Notes: generated from the letters alone by a model not told the origin. A stretch of 64,000 bases of DNA from a virus (IMGVR_UViG_3300044613_002638:1-64000), one strand, 5' to 3'; shown: positions 31,592 to 40,927, counted from the first letter of the stretch. Translations and numbers: made by a program.

Positions 31592-32476
31592 ATGAAATCT
31601 AACTATTTAAACAACCGAGATATTTTAAAAGAAATACATAAAAGTAAAAACACGTACTGTTCTTTTTTAACTCCAGAAGACGGTTTTTATGACATAATTT
31701 TACCTAGCGTAGACAAAATTAACAAAAAAAATATTAGCGAAGGTAAAAAATTAAGAGCAGAAAGACTTACTAGAGCAGCATTTGATGCTGCCCAAGCACT
31801 AAGCAGTACGAAGTTAAAACTAGATGATTTTTCTGTAAAACCTAATAAAATTGCACCTACAGATATAGTTTTCCGTATAATGACATGGGAACATATACCA
31901 ACAGATGTACAGAAACCAAAAAAAACTAAGTCTAAGGTAATTGAGGATGAAGATAATCCTATAACTGAGTACGATGACCGAGGTGACGAAATTGTTCCTG
32001 GAAAATTTGTTAAAGTGAATTTTCCTCCGTTTCAACATTATAAGGTAGACGAAAACGGAGTGCCATATTGTGTAGGTAAAAGTCACTGGCAAGGTGATTT
32101 GATTAAAGGAAAATTTAATCGCGAACACGGAACAATGACTAGAACACTAGCACACATGTTTATGAAGTTATGCGAACGGTACGCTACCAGATCAAACTGG
32201 CGCGGATACACCTACAACGACGAAATGCGTAGTCAAGCATTACTACAATTATCACAGATAGGATTACAATTTGATGAAAGTAAATCGCAGAACCCTTTCG
32301 CTTATTACACTGCCGCTATCACTAATAGTTTTACTAGGGTTCTTAATATCGAGAAGCGTAATCAGAACTTACGAGACGATATTCTCGAAATGAACGGACT
32401 CACACCAAGTTATACAAGACAGGGCATGGGTTCGTGGGGTGGCGGTGCTCCAACCGGCGATTATAATGACGATTAA
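31592..32476 (+). CDS. gp55: Late-transcription sigma factor, T4 gp55-like
   Basis: NYLNN.D.L.EI, NWRGYTYNDEM, FDESKSQNPFAYYT...NSF.R....EK; upstream of gp47/46 as in T4. Confidence 0.9.
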   Translation: MKSNYLNNRDILKEIHKSKNTYCSFLTPEDGFYDIILPSVDKINKKNISEGKKLRAERLTRAAFDAAQALSSTKLKLDDFSVKPNKIAPTDIVFRIMTWEHIPTDVQKPKKTKSKVIEDEDNPITEYDDRGDEIVPGKFVKVNFPPFQHYKVDENGVPYCVGKSHWQGDLIKGKFNREHGTMTRTLAHMFMKLCERYATRSNWRGYTYNDEMRSQALLQLSQIGLQFDESKSQNPFAYYTAAITNSFTRVLNIEKRNQNLRDDILEMNGLTPSYTRQGMGSWGGGAPTGDYNDD

Positions 32477-33767
32477 CGTGTCTCGAGTAGTTTTTCCTAT
32501 TAGAACTCAACCTGCTTGTTTACTAAAATGGAATTGGAGCACTATATATTTTCAAAGCGGCACTACCGCTTCGTGTCATCGGACTCAAAAATACAGTATA
32601 GATCCTGATAACTTTAACGATTTTCATAATTTGCCCGATAAGGTAAACGCAAGAAAGCTGATGCTTGATGGTAAATGGCCTGGAGCTGGTTGCCAATATT
32701 GTAAAACAATAGAAGATGCAGGAGGTATAAGTGATAGAATTTTCCAAGTTCAACAACTATCAGATAGTCAATTGGTGCCACCGGAGCTGTATAGTGATAA
32801 TACCGCTGTTAACATATCTCCTACTATACTAGAAGTATACTTCAAAAATACGTGTAACATGGCCTGTGTTTATTGTGGACCACACTTTAGTAGCAGGTGG
32901 GAAGACGAAAATAGGAAATATGGTTCGCCGCATGATGAATCGGCTGACGCATTTAGTATAACAGTAAACCAGCAAAATGTTCACTATAAAAAAATGGTAA
33001 ATGATCTGTGGAATTTTTTAAAAATCAACAACAACGCCAAAAAAATACAAAGGTATCATATCTTGGGAGGCGAACCATTTCTATTAGAAGAACTTGATCA
33101 AAGTATAGCATTCTGGGCGCAGTATGGTCACCCAGATTTACAATTTAGCATTGTCAGTAATCTAAATATACCACACACGCTATTTCAAAAATATCTTAAA
33201 AAATTTGAACTATTGGCAGATAAAAAAAAGATATGGCGTTTGCAACTCACTGCTAGTTTAGATTGTTGGGGCGATGAACAAGAATATATACGATATGGTT
33301 TAGACTTGGGTTTATGGAAAAAAAACTTTAACCTATTGTTAAACAAGCCATGGATTTATCCATCTATTAACAGTGCCATATCAGCACTTTCAATAAAATC
33401 GTTGCCACAACTTGTTGAACAAATTAACATTTGGAATTTAAATCAACAAGATGTAGTAGAAGAATTTAGGAGTTATTCTAACCAAATACTTCATAGTTTT
33501 AATACAACTAATGCTGTAGATGAGGTATACATTTTTTCTGGTGATGTTTTTAAAAAAGATTTTGATGCAGTTATTGCTGCAATGCCTGAAGAAACCGATA
33601 CACAAATTGGGCAAAAACAAATGATGGCTGGTATGGCATCAAAAAGCAGTCAATGTAAAAATAACATTGAAAAAATTAAAAATCTTAAAAACTATCTAAC
33701 CAAGTTAGATCAAAGACGTGGTACAAATTGGCAAATAACTTTTCCATGGTTAAAAAAAATAAATTAA
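32466..33767 (+). CDS. Radical SAM protein with additional N-terminal Cys cluster
   Basis: CNMACVYC (CxxxCxxC), GGEPF; N-terminal C..KW, SCH, CQYC; ATG 32466 preferred over track start 32439. Confidence 0.85.
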   Translation: MTINVSRVVFPIRTQPACLLKWNWSTIYFQSGTTASCHRTQKYSIDPDNFNDFHNLPDKVNARKLMLDGKWPGAGCQYCKTIEDAGGISDRIFQVQQLSDSQLVPPELYSDNTAVNISPTILEVYFKNTCNMACVYCGPHFSSRWEDENRKYGSPHDESADAFSITVNQQNVHYKKMVNDLWNFLKINNNAKKIQRYHILGGEPFLLEELDQSIAFWAQYGHPDLQFSIVSNLNIPHTLFQKYLKKFELLADKKKIWRLQLTASLDCWGDEQEYIRYGLDLGLWKKNFNLLLNKPWIYPSINSAISALSIKSLPQLVEQINIWNLNQQDVVEEFRSYSNQILHSFNTTNAVDEVYIFSGDVFKKDFDAVIAAMPEETDTQIGQKQMMAGMASKSSQCKNNIEKIKNLKNYLTKLDQRRGTNWQITFPWLKKIN

Positions 33768-33790
33768 TCATGTTTTTATTATCAATCAAT

Positions 33791-33820
33791 TTGATTTCGT
33801 ATATTATAATAATGTAAAAT
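33791..33820 (+). promoter_or_regulatory. Possible sigma70-type promoter for gp47
   Basis: TTGATT-N18-TAAAAT, 6 nt before ATG 33827. Confidence 0.35.
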
Positions 33821-33826
33821 AGTAAA

Positions 33827-34846
33827 ATGTCTAACTTATTCAAACGAGCAGCAGTCTGTACAGATATACACTTTGGTTTAAAAAGCAATAGTCAAACACA
33901 TAACGAAGATTGTTTAAATTTTATCAAATGGTTTACTACTAAAGCACGGGAGGAAGGATGTGAAACAGCGTTTTTTCTTGGAGATTGGCATAACAATCGT
34001 GCTAGTATCAATATTGTCACTCTTAACTATAGTCTCCGTGCTTTGGAACATCTCAACGACAACTTCGATCGTGTGTATTTTATTCCTGGCAATCACGACT
34101 TATACTATCGCGACAAGCGGGATGTTCAAAGTGTTGAATGGGCTAAACATCTTCCGAATGTGGTCATTTGTAATGATTGGCTACACCACGGTGATGTTAT
34201 TGTGGCCCCTTGGTTGGTAGGTGAAGACTACAAACGTATCCCTAAACTGAGTGCCAAGTACATGTTTGGGCATTTTGAATTGCCTACATTCTATATGAAT
34301 GCCATGGTACAGATGCCCGACCATGGCGATGTAAAACGTGAAGACTTTACAGGCATCGAACATGTGTTTACTGGACATTTTCACAAACGCCAAACACAAA
34401 AAAATATTACATACATTGGCAACTGTTTTCCACACAACTATGCAGACAATCACGACGATGAGCGAGGCATGATGATACTAGAATGGGGACAAGAACCTGA
34501 GTATCATGCCTGGCCCGATCAACCTAGATATCGTGTATATCAACTAAGTGATGTTTTAACTAACACTGATTCATTGTTGCACAAAGGCATGCATGTACGT
34601 GTTAACCTCGATGTTGATATCAGTTACGAAGAAGCTACGTTTATTAAGGAAACTTTTGTAAACACTTACAATCTCAGAGAAATTACACTAATTCCTCAAA
34701 AGACAGTAAGCGAAGATATTAACTATGATATTACTGGTAACATTATGTTTGAAAGTGTTGACACTATTGTAACCAATCAACTTACAAATATTCAAAGTGA
34801 GCAGTATAATAAAACACTGTTACTCGACATCTATAGAAATTTATGA
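33827..34846 (+). CDS. gp47: Recombination endonuclease subunit (Mre11/SbcD-like)
   Basis: DIHFG, GDWH, GNHD, GHFH metallophosphoesterase motifs. Confidence 0.92.
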   Translation: MSNLFKRAAVCTDIHFGLKSNSQTHNEDCLNFIKWFTTKAREEGCETAFFLGDWHNNRASINIVTLNYSLRALEHLNDNFDRVYFIPGNHDLYYRDKRDVQSVEWAKHLPNVVICNDWLHHGDVIVAPWLVGEDYKRIPKLSAKYMFGHFELPTFYMNAMVQMPDHGDVKREDFTGIEHVFTGHFHKRQTQKNITYIGNCFPHNYADNHDDERGMMILEWGQEPEYHAWPDQPRYRVYQLSDVLTNTDSLLHKGMHVRVNLDVDISYEEATFIKETFVNTYNLREITLIPQKTVSEDINYDITGNIMFESVDTIVTNQLTNIQSEQYNKTLLLDIYRNL

Positions 34847-35538
34847 AATTTAGACACACTAAGTTTTGGCAGAACTACGAAAAATTTGACAAAATAGTTG
34901 GTAATTCTTCAATGAGATGCACAATAGATGCTATCATTTATTGGAAACTGTTTCAACATTTTACGTTTAATAAAATTTTAGAGATTGGCGTTTACCAAGG
35001 ACTAACATCTGGTCTGATGCTTGAGAGTAGTAATGCAAATCTGATTGGTGTTGATCATTATTTAAAACTGGATGTATTTAATTCTGTTTTTAAAGATTCT
35101 GCTGATCGGGCCACATTTATAAGTAGTACAAGTCAAGACTTTAGTACTACAGAAACATTTGATTTTATATTAATTGATGGAGACCATGCCGTTGATATAG
35201 CCTATCAAGACATAGTAAAATTTACACCTCTTCTATCTCGAACAGGTATTTTAGCAATAGATGACTACAACGAGGTACTAGTGCCAAAAACTGTACACAA
35301 ACTTCGCTCGTTAGGATTAGTTCCAATGATTCAAGCCGAGCAAACAGAATTTTGGCATTACCCAGATCAAGATCGATCAGCATTTTTAGATAATTTGTTG
35401 GTTGATAAAATCAGTCAACTTATTTTATTATACAACATTGATTTACATCATTGCACTGTACTAAAAGCTAAAACAGTTAAGGCATTCACCGACAATATAG
35501 AGTTATTTGACAGAGCGTTGGAACTATACGATGTTTAA
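34843..35538 (+). CDS. Class I SAM-dependent methyltransferase (Methyltransf_24-like)
   Basis: ILEIGVYQG, FDFILIDGDH, G.LAIDDY. Confidence 0.85.
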   Translation: MKFRHTKFWQNYEKFDKIVGNSSMRCTIDAIIYWKLFQHFTFNKILEIGVYQGLTSGLMLESSNANLIGVDHYLKLDVFNSVFKDSADRATFISSTSQDFSTTETFDFILIDGDHAVDIAYQDIVKFTPLLSRTGILAIDDYNEVLVPKTVHKLRSLGLVPMIQAEQTEFWHYPDQDRSAFLDNLLVDKISQLILLYNIDLHHCTVLKAKTVKAFTDNIELFDRALELYDV

Positions 35539-37300
35539 AATTAAAACACTAGCAGTTAAAAACTTCATGAGTGTAGGAAATGCCACTCAGGCTGTTCAGT
35601 TTGATCGTAGAGATCTTACTCTAGTACTAGGACAAAATTTAGATCTAGGCGGAGACGACACAGGAGCCAGAAATGGAACTGGCAAAACAACCATTATTAA
35701 TGCACTAAGCTATGCGCTGTATGGATCTGCTCTAACTAATATCAAAAAAGATAATCTTATCAATAAAACCAATGGCAAGAACATGTTGGTTACCATTGAG
35801 TTCGAAAAAGATGGTATTGACTACAGAATCGAGCGTGGTCGTAAACCCAACACAATGGCATTCTATGTGGGCGGCCAAGAACAACAAATCACCGACGAAA
35901 GTCAAGGTGATAGTAGAGAAACACAGGCAGAAATTGAACGTATGCTTGGAATGAGTCACGACATGTTCAAACACATTGTGGCCCTTAACACTTATACAGA
36001 ACCGTTTTTAGCATTGAAGGCCAATGATCAACGAACTATCATTGAACAGTTGCTTGGTATTACTATGCTGAGTGAAAAGGCTGACGCACTCAAAGAGCAA
36101 TTAAAAGCCACCAAAGACGCTATTATACAAGAAGAATATCGTATCAAAGCAGTTACAGATGCAAACGGCCGTATACAAGAGCAAATTGAAGCCACACGGC
36201 GTAGACAAAATCTATGGAGAAATAAACAAGTAAATGAGTTAATAGAACTTGAACGAGCCTTAGAAGTTGTAGGCGATTTAGATATTGATCAAGAATTGCT
36301 CAATCATGACCTATTAGAAGAATACAATACCAAAACAAATAAACGTAAAGAAATATCTAAATGGCAGGTTGCATGTGAGTCAGAACAAGTGCGACTGTTA
36401 AAACAATTAGATAAACTAAAGTCTGAAATTGAAAAATTAGAAAAACATGAATGCTATGCCTGCGGTCAGGCAATTCATGACAGCAAACATGAGGAAGTAC
36501 TAGAAGAAAAACGTAATACACTAAAAGAAACTAGTTTACAATATCTTGCCAATGATACACAGCTAGCCGAGCATGTTGCGGCACTGGCACTTGTTGGTGA
36601 CCCAGGGAAACCCCCTAAGGTATTTTATGACAACAAAGAAGATGCTATCAATCATAAAAATACTGTGGCAAACTTGCGTCAACAACTAGAAACAAAACAA
36701 GCGGAAGTGGATCCTTATGAAGAACAGATTCGCGAAATGGAAACACAGGCGCTCGAAGAAATAAATTACGACTTAATTAATGAACTTGTTAACGTTCGAG
36801 AACATCAAGAGTTCTTGCTTAAACTATTAACCAACAAAGATAGTTTTATACGTAAACGTATCATTGATCAAAACTTATCATATCTAAACGCTAGACTAAG
36901 TCAGTATCTAGATCGTATTGGCTTGCCACACACTGTCAAGTTTCAAAATGATTTGACTGTCAGCATTGAAGAATTAGGACGCGAGTTAGATTTTGATAAT
37001 CTAAGTCGCGGCGAACGTAATAGATTGATTCTAAGTTTATCGTGGGCATTTAGAGATGTGTGGGAAAGTTTATACCAACCTATCAACTTGCTATTCATTG
37101 ACGAAGTTATTGATACCGGTATGGATAGCTCGGGTGTTGAAAATAGTTTGGCAATACTAAAGAAAATGTCACGTGAAGGTAATAGATCAGTCTGGTTAGT
37201 ATCACACAAAGACGAACTGGCTGGTCGTGTTAATAATGTATTGAGTGTGATCAAAGAAAATGGATTTACTAGCTACAATACGGACGTGGAAATAAAATGA
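35531..37300 (+). CDS. gp46: Recombination ATPase subunit (Rad50/SbcC-like)
   Basis: KNFMSVGN, Walker A NGTGKTT, zinc hook CYAC, signature LSRGE, Walker B FIDE, SH; ATG at 35531. Confidence 0.92.
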   Translation: MFKIKTLAVKNFMSVGNATQAVQFDRRDLTLVLGQNLDLGGDDTGARNGTGKTTIINALSYALYGSALTNIKKDNLINKTNGKNMLVTIEFEKDGIDYRIERGRKPNTMAFYVGGQEQQITDESQGDSRETQAEIERMLGMSHDMFKHIVALNTYTEPFLALKANDQRTIIEQLLGITMLSEKADALKEQLKATKDAIIQEEYRIKAVTDANGRIQEQIEATRRRQNLWRNKQVNELIELERALEVVGDLDIDQELLNHDLLEEYNTKTNKRKEISKWQVACESEQVRLLKQLDKLKSEIEKLEKHECYACGQAIHDSKHEEVLEEKRNTLKETSLQYLANDTQLAEHVAALALVGDPGKPPKVFYDNKEDAINHKNTVANLRQQLETKQAEVDPYEEQIREMETQALEEINYDLINELVNVREHQEFLLKLLTNKDSFIRKRIIDQNLSYLNARLSQYLDRIGLPHTVKFQNDLTVSIEELGRELDFDNLSRGERNRLILSLSWAFRDVWESLYQPINLLFIDEVIDTGMDSSGVENSLAILKKMSREGNRSVWLVSHKDELAGRVNNVLSVIKENGFTSYNTDVEIK

Positions 37301-37827
37301 AAATTGGAATTACTGGACATAGTCGTGGCCTAGGATTGGCCCTTGCTAATAAGTTATCTGCTAATAATCAAATAATTGGTTTTAGTAGATCTAATGGCTA
37401 TAACATTGCACATGTACATGAAATAATTAAGGATGCTCTAGATTGCGATATGTTTATCAATAACGCCTATAACAACTATTATCAAAGCGATTTATTATTA
37501 TATCTATTTAGATTGTGGCAAGATAATCCAAATAAATCTATTGTGAATATAGGAAGCACTGTAACTACATATCCAAGAATTGAAACGGAAATAGATCATT
37601 TACCTTGGGCATACCGTGATCATAAAATTGCATTAGAACGTTTATTTAGACACTTAGTTAAACAAACACATAAATGTCACATGTTGCTTGTAGCACCAGG
37701 TGCCATTGATACAGACATGATAGCACATCATAATGGTATAAAAGCGTCGGCAGACCAGGTAGCTGATATTATAATTGATGCAATATCTAAACCATTAATT
37801 AAAGAAATTACCATCTATGAACAATAG
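37297..37827 (+). CDS. Short-chain dehydrogenase/reductase
   Basis: ITGHSRGLG, INNA, NIGS, YRDHK (YxxxK), PG.IDT. Confidence 0.85.
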   Translation: MKIGITGHSRGLGLALANKLSANNQIIGFSRSNGYNIAHVHEIIKDALDCDMFINNAYNNYYQSDLLLYLFRLWQDNPNKSIVNIGSTVTTYPRIETEIDHLPWAYRDHKIALERLFRHLVKQTHKCHMLLVAPGAIDTDMIAHHNGIKASADQVADIIIDAISKPLIKEITIYEQ

Positions 37828-38938
37828 ATATGGGTTTCAATTTTATCATTGGCATCTAGAACCCAGTTCTAGATGTACACTCAAATGCCCTAGATGTCCT
37901 CGAGAAGAAATGTCTAAAAATATTCCTTGGCTACAGAAAGATATCTCCCTTGAATTATTTCAAAAAGTGTTCAGTGAAGATATGTTGAAAACACAAGTCA
38001 AAAGAATTACTATGTGCGGAGATGTGGGCGATCCTATTTACTGTCGAGACTTTTTAAAAATTTGCAGCTATATTAAACAAGTTAACTCTAATATTCACAT
38101 TTATACAATTACCAATGGCAGCTACAAAAACCAAGACTGGTGGACAGAATTAGGAAAAATATTAAACGAACGCGATACTGTTGCATTCAGTATTGATGGT
38201 TATGATAACGCTAGTAATAATTTATATAGAGTGAATAGCAACTGGGAAAGTATTATTACAGGGGTAACCACGTTAACTGCTATGCGCAGGGCACATGTCA
38301 CATGGGCCACAATTGTTTTTGCATTTAATCAGGACCATTTGGAACACATCGAAGATTTAGCCAGATCCCTCAATTGTGATAGTTTACAAATCACAAAAAG
38401 TATTAAATTTGGATCAAGGTTTGAATCCTATATGACAGATAACAATTTTGATGCTTTAGAACCCCGACCAGAACATGTGAGTCAAAGCGGAAGATACGAA
38501 AGATATAGTGTACAACTAAGCAATCGTTTGATAGACAACACAGATTATTTAGAAACGAACCAGGTGCTTTGGCAACGAACAGTTGAAGAATACAAAAACA
38601 AATATGTTATTCCTTTGTGTCTAATAGGAAATAGAGGATTATATTTAAACGCTGCTGGACAACTTTATCCTTGTAGTTGGGTAGCTGCCCCGCACTTGGG
38701 CAGACATAGTCCAGTCACCGGAAAAAATTTAAAACTAGAAGATAGTTTATTTAGAAAATACGAGCACTTGTTTGATACACACAATCGTACTCTTGAAGAA
38801 ATTATTAACGATCCTGTTTGGGAAAAATTGTTTCAAAGTTGGAACAAGCGTGAAAATTCATTCATTGAGTGCGAGGAAAAATGCATAAGCAATCAAGTTG
38901 AAAAGTCGAATTACAGTGTAGGATATTTAACAAACTGA
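37817..38938 (+). CDS. Radical SAM protein with SPASM/twitch-type C-terminus
   Basis: CTLKCPRC, GDP, TNG, FSIDG; C-terminal C...G.LYPC.W...CEEKC. Confidence 0.88.
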   Translation: MNNRYGFQFYHWHLEPSSRCTLKCPRCPREEMSKNIPWLQKDISLELFQKVFSEDMLKTQVKRITMCGDVGDPIYCRDFLKICSYIKQVNSNIHIYTITNGSYKNQDWWTELGKILNERDTVAFSIDGYDNASNNLYRVNSNWESIITGVTTLTAMRRAHVTWATIVFAFNQDHLEHIEDLARSLNCDSLQITKSIKFGSRFESYMTDNNFDALEPRPEHVSQSGRYERYSVQLSNRLIDNTDYLETNQVLWQRTVEEYKNKYVIPLCLIGNRGLYLNAAGQLYPCSWVAAPHLGRHSPVTGKNLKLEDSLFRKYEHLFDTHNRTLEEIINDPVWEKLFQSWNKRENSFIECEEKCISNQVEKSNYSVGYLTN

Positions 38939-38976
38939 ATATTTTATCAAGGAAAAATTATCATAACTAATGCTGT

Positions 38977-39411
38977 ATGTCATGGCTATTCGAGTCCACA
39001 CCGGTGGAATCACTTCCTGAAGATTGCGTTGGATTTGTGTATTTGATAACAAATACTGTATCTGGGCGCAAATATATAGGAAAAAAACTAGCCAAATTTT
39101 CAAAAACTACAGTAAAAACAGTAAAACTTAAAAACGGTACTAAAAAGAAAAAGAAGATCAGAAGCAAAATAGACAGCGATTGGCAACTATATTATGGCTC
39201 AAATGACGAACTTAAAAAAGACATACACACACTAGGCCCAGAGAAATTTACTAGACAAATACTATATTACTGTAAATCAAAAGCAGAATGTTCATATATT
39301 GAAGCAAGAGAACAATTCCGACACCAAGTCTTAGAATCAGATGATTATTATAACGGACATATACAAGTCCGTGTCCATGGCTCTCACATAAAAAACAAGT
39401 TAGGCAGTTAA
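38977..39411 (+). CDS. Small GIY-YIG endonuclease (T4 EndoII/Seg-like catalytic domain only)
   Basis: GFVY(X)..KYIGKK, YYGS, conserved E, YYN; Lys-rich insertion; no C-terminal DNA-binding repeats. Confidence 0.85.
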   Translation: MSWLFESTPVESLPEDCVGFVYLITNTVSGRKYIGKKLAKFSKTTVKTVKLKNGTKKKKKIRSKIDSDWQLYYGSNDELKKDIHTLGPEKFTRQILYYCKSKAECSYIEAREQFRHQVLESDDYYNGHIQVRVHGSHIKNKLGS

Positions 39412-39815
39412 GCTAGCACAGGCTAACATCGTGTGCCCTAGACCTGGTTGAAACATATGCAGGGACGGAAGCCTTCTCGCTGCAAGAAGCACTCAACTAC
39501 TACCCGCAAGGATGAAGATCGCAAACGCCGCGATTTAGTTGTTTGAATAGGATAACATGGCTAAAAAGACGTACTAGCGATAGTACACGTTTGCAATGCA
39601 GGCTGATATTTGTATTGTAAACCGCCGTTGTATAAAGACGGAGCTCGAGGTACCGGACAACCGCCTCTGTAATGCTCTAATATCAGTGACTGTGCTACTC
39701 AGATGAAGTCATACTTTTGCCCGCCCTGGGCAAAGAGTGACCAATTAATCTAGATGAAATCTAAAAAACAAATTGATGAGCGTAAGCGAAATCAATAGAC
39801 TAACGAAGTTAGTCT
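39412..39815 (+). ncRNA. Candidate large structured non-coding RNA (family not recognised)
   Basis: Longest gene-free gap in the window, more GC-rich than flanks; closing helix 39414-21/39690-97, about 10 internal helices, GNRA loops, G-U pairs on + strand, 9-bp pseudoknot 39602-10/39679-87. Confidence 0.65.
39797..39815. terminator. Hairpin between convergent transcription units
   Basis: agactaac-gaa-gttagtct, abutting the stop codon of the minus-strand ORF. Confidence 0.45.
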
Positions 39816-40051
39816 TAAAAGAATGGCATTCCAGACTTTTTAGCAGTTTCTAAATTGTCTTTTACAATTTCACTTATGATCTTTCGATCTTCAAAGCCAA
39901 GTAACATGGCTTCATCATAGGTAATACCGCCGCGCATGTACCAGCAGAATCTTAATATTTCGTCTTTAATTTTTCTTACTTGATTTTCGTAGCTCTTAAC
40001 TAAACCTAGAATGCCGTTGGTGTCGAGTGTTAAGAGCTGCTGGCGAAAAAA
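39815..40051 (-). CDS. gp51-like/tail chaperone C-terminal extension, probably reached by -1 frameshift from the gp26-like gene; not in ORF track
   Basis: Open -1 frame FFRQQLLTLDTNGILGLVKSYENQVRKIKDEILRFCWYMRGGITYDEAM...KSGMPFF*; no ATG/GTG/TTG for the first 38 codons. Confidence 0.7.
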   Translation of the reverse strand, partial: FFRQQLLTLDTNGILGLVKSYENQVRKIKDEILRFCWYMRGGITYDEAMLLGFEDRKIISEIVKDNLETAKKSGMPFF

Positions 40052-40878
40052 CTTGCGTAGTCAAATGTCAATGTTATATCAAATGTTTTAGTACATTCGG
40101 TACAAGTTCCTGCTTGTGATTTAATTGCGCCTTGACGATTTACTTCAATAATTTTATTCTGTAGTTCTTTACATAAATCAGCATCACAATTAAAATAAAA
40201 TTCTTCAATGAATTCTGGTTCATTTACTATGGTGCCAGTGTTGACTATTTCAATGTACTCGGTGTTATCAACTAGTAATTTTGCATTTAAATCAACTAAA
40301 CGAGATATATGTTTTTTATACTCTGCTACTCGGTTAATATCTTCGCTGCCGTCTAACGCTATGTTTTCTAGTACTCTTTGCTGTTCATAGTTAATTTTGT
40401 TTGTTTCGTTTAGACTGGCGTAATGTTGCGGTTTAATTTTAATTTTAATTTGATCATGTTCAATTTTTTGATTGTAGTCAGGCACTACCACACTATCTAA
40501 ATAGCCGTTTAAATCTACTTCAAATGTATTCTCTGCTTCGCAGTGCGGGCATTTGGAATCAATACTCATGGTATTACCGTATGAAGCTATTCTAATAGCA
40601 ATCAATACAGAATCAACATCAATACTGGGCATTTGCCATGCATCTGTGATATGCGGACAGCAACTTTGAATAACATCAACTACACCTTGACCATTTAACA
40701 ATGCGTCTGGCGTTTTTAACAGTATTTCATCTCTAGCTGTCATAGGGTAAACAGGTATTTCACCTATTTCTGGTAAGTCTAATCCACTGTTCCAAAATTG
40801 ACCACCACTGGGTAGTCTTAGATAAATTGCTGGCTGTCTGAAATGCGCTCGTAAAGGATTTACGGGTTTTTGGTCCAT
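40030..40878 (-). CDS. gp26: Baseplate hub/tail assembly chaperone, T4 gp26-like
   Basis: LPSGG, PMTARDEI, D.DSVLIAIRIASYG, CPHC and CTEC zinc motifs, ends ASFF. Confidence 0.8.
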   Translation of the reverse strand: MDQKPVNPLRAHFRQPAIYLRLPSGGQFWNSGLDLPEIGEIPVYPMTARDEILLKTPDALLNGQGVVDVIQSCCPHITDAWQMPSIDVDSVLIAIRIASYGNTMSIDSKCPHCEAENTFEVDLNGYLDSVVVPDYNQKIEHDQIKIKIKPQHYASLNETNKINYEQQRVLENIALDGSEDINRVAEYKKHISRLVDLNAKLLVDNTEYIEIVNTGTIVNEPEFIEEFYFNCDADLCKELQNKIIEVNRQGAIKSQAGTCTECTKTFDITLTFDYASFFASSS

Positions 40879-40886
40879 TTTTGATT

Positions 40887-40919
40887 CCTATAAATAATTG
40901 ATAACACTATATTTATAGG
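40887..40919. promoter_or_regulatory. Pair of opposed late promoters (TATAAATA + at 40889-96; TATAAATA - at 40910-17)
   Basis: cctataaata-N13-tatttatagg in the 49-bp gap between divergent genes. Confidence 0.75.
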
Positions 40920-40927
40920 CAGAAATT

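Noticed and set aside
39772-39796. Hammerhead-like core TTGATGA-GC-GTAA-GC-GAAA
   Set aside because: C3 is U and no stem I/III partners with a UH cleavage site were found; the flanks pair with each other as a simple hairpin
39412-39815. Group I/II intron, tmRNA or RNase P as identity of the structured region
   Set aside because: No P7 (R/S) elements, no canonical domain V, no tRNA-like ends, no GAGGAAAGUCC, and no interrupted host gene
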